Source: an uncultured virus (IMG/VR IMGVR_UViG_3300028414_000637)
Lineage: Duplodnaviria; Heunggongvirae; Uroviricota; Caudoviricetes
IMG/VR virus record: IMGVR_UViG_3300028414_000637
DNA length: 20,000 nt
Direction: 5' to 3' (one strand)
Shown: one piece after another, positions 17,251 through 20,000 of the stretch
Numbering within the stretch: the stretch's first letter is position 1
Layout: each line of letters starts with the position of its first letter
Made by a program: the position numbers and the translations under genes
The notes under the pieces: generated by a model
The model's input: the letters and a program-made list of their open reading frames with translations, nothing else
Told to the model about the DNA's origin: nothing
Database searches by the model: none

Positions 17251-17969
17251 AGTATAAAAATAGTAATCAACGAACAAAAGATTATCTTTCTAAGTTTGAT
17301 AAAAACAAAGTTTTGCAAAACTTAGTTGGAACTGATACTCCCATAATATTAGACATTGGTGCAAATATAGGACAAACAGTAGATAAGTTAAAGACTATAT
17401 GGGAACATGCAGTAATACATTCTATAGAGCCTTTACCAGATGCATATCAACAATTATACTTAACAAAAGGTAGATTACCCGGCGTTCATGTATATAATAC
17501 AGCAATTGGTTCAACAAATGGTTGGCAAGATTTTAATATTAATAAACACCAGCCTATGCTCAGTGGATTTTATAAATTAAATGCAGACAGCAAGGATAGT
17601 ATTGCTATCAATAAACCAGAGAAAGCCCATAAGAATTTCTTAGAATCTGAAACTATACAATTTCCAGTTATAACGTTAGATAAATTTACAAGTGAAAATA
17701 ATATAGATTACATAGATATGATTAAAATGGATGCTCAGGGAGCCGAACCAGAGATATTAGAAAATGGAATTGAAACACTAAAGAATACCCGAATCGTTCT
17801 TACTGAATTATCATTTTATGACTTATATGAAAAGCAGTGTAGTTTTTATGATATAGAAAAAACCCTGATTCCCTTGGGTTTTGAATTATTCGATATCGCA
17901 CATGTTAGTAAAAACCCAATGAATGGTCGTACAGATTGGGCTGATTTAATTTATATTAAAAAAAATTAA
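17247..17969 (+). CDS. FkbM-family SAM-dependent methyltransferase
   Basis: ILDIGANIGQ, SIEP, TLD.F, IDMIKMDAQGAE and TELSF. Confidence 0.9.
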   Translation: MKYKNSNQRTKDYLSKFDKNKVLQNLVGTDTPIILDIGANIGQTVDKLKTIWEHAVIHSIEPLPDAYQQLYLTKGRLPGVHVYNTAIGSTNGWQDFNINKHQPMLSGFYKLNADSKDSIAINKPEKAHKNFLESETIQFPVITLDKFTSENNIDYIDMIKMDAQGAEPEILENGIETLKNTRIVLTELSFYDLYEKQCSFYDIEKTLIPLGFELFDIAHVSKNPMNGRTDWADLIYIKKN

Positions 17970-17977
17970 AAAAGTTG

Positions 17978-18006
17978 TTGACAATACCGAATCATTATGC
18001 TATATT
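17978..18006 (+). promoter_or_regulatory. sigma70 promoter driving the structured RNA
   Basis: TTGACA (17978-17983), 17 bp, TATATT (18001-18006), with TG extension and an A-rich UP-like tract. Confidence 0.8.
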
Positions 18007-18012
18007 AATAAC

Positions 18013-18229
18013 ATAAGCATCAGAGAGTTTAGCGACTCAATGATTGTAGTGCAAGGAAGAGGCTGTTACCAGACGGTCGAACTTGACTAGTTAGGGGTGG
18101 TACCCAGGTTCAAAGCTGAGAGGCTAAGAGTCACATCGTTCTACCGAACGGAACTAGGTTCCCTGGATTCAGAATGGTATCTGTGTCGAGGGGTTGGGGG
18201 TGTAACCAAGTCCCTCCTACTTTGCTTAT
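18013..18229 (+). ncRNA. Unassigned highly structured ncRNA (~217 nt)
   Basis: GC-rich island with no credible ORF. The ends pair (ATAAGCA/TGCTTAT; GTAG/CTAC) and enclose several hairpins, including a GAGA tetraloop. Confidence 0.7.
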
Positions 18230-18263
18230 ATTTTCTGATTACAATACCAAGTAATCAAAAATT

Positions 18264-18330
18264 AAGAGACGGTTGGCAAACCATATTTTACTCACTTTCA
18301 TTTTATATTGCTGACTGTCTCTTTTTTATT
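18264..18330 (+). terminator. 16-bp hairpin with 28-nt loop and T tail (terminator and/or antisense-type sRNA)
   Basis: AAGAGACGGTTGGCAA (18264-18279) pairs with TTGCTGACTGTCTCTT (18308-18323) using G-U pairs, followed by TTTTATTT. Confidence 0.6.
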
Positions 18331-18497
18331 TCCCCAACTTATCAACAACTCAATTAAAAAGTGTATTGATTTAATATCTTTTTTGTGTTACATTCATAAA
18401 TATGAAAGTAACAATAAGGTTACAACCAGGCATCAATCGAGCCTGGTCTAATTATGTGAGCAACGTGGTAAAGACGTTAAGCAGAAGGAGATAAAAA

Positions 18498-19460
18498 ATG
18501 GATGCACTCACCCTATGGATGGCAATAGGTTTTCTATTTGCCGCATATTCAGTAATAGCAAACGATTCAGTACAAACTCTTGGTACTTGGATTGCATCAA
18601 ATAACGAAAAATTTAATTGGAAGATAATGTGGGGAGCCGCAAGTGCGGTACTGCTTTATACTTTGTGGTATGGTTGGACAACTAATGGTGGAGATATTAG
18701 TTACGGACGATTAAACAAAATTCCATTTCAAGAGATTCAATGGTATCATGCCGCCGCACCAGGCTTACTATTGATATTAACAAGAATAGGTGTACCAGTA
18801 AGTACAAGTTTCTTAGTGTTAAGTGCATTTGCTAGTACATTTATATTAGAGAAGATGCTAGTCAAATCAATGATGGGTTATGCAGTTGCGGCTGTGGCGG
18901 CATATGTAATCTGGATTGGTGTTACTAAAATACTTGACGAAGCAAAACCAGTCGCTGAAAATCATAAAATGTATTGGCGAGTAGGTCAGTGGATAACAAC
19001 TGGCTTTTTATGGTTCACTTGGTTATCACATGATATGGCAAACATTGCCGTATTCTTACCAAGACAAATCCCATTTGATTTAATGGTAATGGTAAGTGCA
19101 GTATTTGTATTTGGCTTAGGTTATATATTTTATACTGGTGGTGGTAAAATACAAAACATCGTAATTGAAAAACATAATACACGTTATGTAAGAAGTGCTA
19201 CAATAATTGATTGTGTATATTTTCTAATTCTTTGGTTCTTCAAGGAACTGAATGATATACCAATGTCAACAACTTGGGTATTCGTAGGATTACTTTGTGG
19301 CCGTGAACTTGCTATGGCAACAATTACTGGTAAAGAAAAGTTTAAAACTGTTTTCCCTCTTGTGACCAAAGACTTCATAAAGATGATGATTGGCTTAGGT
19401 GCAAGTGTTGGTGTAGTTTTATCTATTCACTATATAATCGTTCCTAACGGTTTGCACTAA
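18498..19460 (+). CDS. PiT/PHO4-like inorganic phosphate (or anion) transporter
   Basis: Multi-pass membrane protein with duplicated PiT-like signatures IANDSVQT..., GVPVSTS, SHDMANIA and IPMSTT. AAGGAG RBS. Confidence 0.7.
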   Translation: MDALTLWMAIGFLFAAYSVIANDSVQTLGTWIASNNEKFNWKIMWGAASAVLLYTLWYGWTTNGGDISYGRLNKIPFQEIQWYHAAAPGLLLILTRIGVPVSTSFLVLSAFASTFILEKMLVKSMMGYAVAAVAAYVIWIGVTKILDEAKPVAENHKMYWRVGQWITTGFLWFTWLSHDMANIAVFLPRQIPFDLMVMVSAVFVFGLGYIFYTGGGKIQNIVIEKHNTRYVRSATIIDCVYFLILWFFKELNDIPMSTTWVFVGLLCGRELAMATITGKEKFKTVFPLVTKDFIKMMIGLGASVGVVLSIHYIIVPNGLH

Positions 19461-19577
19461 GAAGATAAATAACTTTATAGAACAAAACTAATAACTAAGT
19501 ACGCATAGGATTTTAAAAAAGGTATAAGTGTGTCGGACACTGCGTAACACATTCTGACATTCCACAAAACAAATTTT

Positions 19578-19611
19578 AATGGAGCCCATTCTTCGGAGTG
19601 GGTTTTCCATT
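19578..19611 (+). terminator. Stable C(UUCG)G hairpin / terminator
   Basis: AATGGA-GCCCATTC-TTCG-GAGTGGGT-TT-TCCATT. Confidence 0.75.
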
Positions 19612-19642
19612 TGTATCTGTAACATAAATGATAAATACATAT

Positions 19643-20000
19643 ATGCGTTATTCAGATATCATAGAAGGTAAACTTACTAAAAAGGATCTTATTAAAGATA
19701 ATAAGAGACTAGCCAACTTTATTCGAAAATACGAAACAGGACAACTGTTTGTAGCATTAGGTGGTGATAAGCCTACGATTAAATTAAAAAAAGACGATGA
19801 AGTTCTAGCTAATCTAAAGCAAGGTATTATACCTGATAAATTTGCAACACACGACGGAAGAGTAGTACGACTTACAAGTTTAGAAAAAACAAGTGAATTT
19901 GGAGGCAAAGGCGCAGGTTTTTCTACACGTGATGAGGATGCGGCACTTGGTAGTATTGGTGAAATGTTTGCAAAATTAAAAGGTGATAAGGCAGAAATAC
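19643..20000 (+). CDS. Hypothetical phage protein, 3'-truncated, possibly a head-packaged late protein
   Basis: MRYSDIIEGKLTKKDL...LEKTSEFGGKG..., open to the window end. ATAAATA at 19631-19637. Confidence 0.75.
   Translation, partial: MRYSDIIEGKLTKKDLIKDNKRLANFIRKYETGQLFVALGGDKPTIKLKKDDEVLANLKQGIIPDKFATHDGRVVRLTSLEKTSEFGGKGAGFSTRDEDAALGSIGEMFAKLKGDKAEI

Noticed and set aside
18049..18225. Group II intron remnant (GTGCA start; GAGGGG...CCCTCCTAC resembling domain VI)
   Set aside because: There is no domain V (AGC triad helix), the 5' end is not GUGYG, the element is far too short, and no gene is interrupted.
18097..18357. 86-aa ORF over the structured RNA
   Set aside because: It has a GTG start without a convincing RBS and atypical composition, and it runs through the hairpins and terminator.
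18408..18423. NtcA box
   Set aside because: The spacing is GTA-N10-TAC rather than N8.
18462..18478. GGTAAAGAC as a third copy of the GG(G/A)AAAGACC hairpin
   Set aside because: The word is similar but the pairing register differs, so it may be chance.
54..19908. Minus-strand ORFs shadowing plus-strand genes (e.g. 54..311, 589..867, 1870..2409, 12086..12415, 13588..13842, 19648..19908)
   Set aside because: They are antisense shadows of genes with recognisable motifs and show no independent coding signal.
1..20000. CRISPR array, integrase/transposase, reverse transcriptase or stop-codon recoding
   Set aside because: I saw no spaced direct repeats or such enzyme motifs, and genes tile densely under the standard code using all three stops.

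Overview
An AT-rich, gene-dense segment of a large T4-like (myovirus/jumbo-type) phage genome, probably marine and probably infecting an alphaproteobacterium (inference). It begins with virion-associated genes: an Sm-like small protein, a PAAR spike tip and a 576-aa Gly/Ala/Ser-rich protein. A long accessory/auxiliary-metabolic block follows: two SGNH-like proteins, a zeta-toxin-like P-loop kinase, a glycosyltransferase, YggX, two 2OG-Fe(II) oxygenases, a hotdog thioesterase, an NDP-sugar epimerase, three tandem paralogues of a sulfotransferase-like family, peptide deformylase, a small beta-barrel-like exported protein, a 7Fe ferredoxin, an FkbM methyltransferase and a PiT-like transporter. 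The most notable content is non-coding. (i) A circularly permuted two-piece tmRNA (tag ANANYEPEMALAA). (ii) An unassigned, highly structured ~217-nt RNA with its own sigma70 promoter (18013-18229), followed by a hairpin whose loop is the reverse complement of a ribosome-binding site plus ATG. (iii) A minus-strand operon of five overlapping or adjacent microproteins behind a structured leader with two GG(G/A)AAAGACC hairpins. (iv) Further structured leaders or small-RNA candidates. Sigma70 promoters and T4-late-like ATAAATA motifs recur in the intergenic gaps. All family assignments come from motif recognition by eye; no searches were run.
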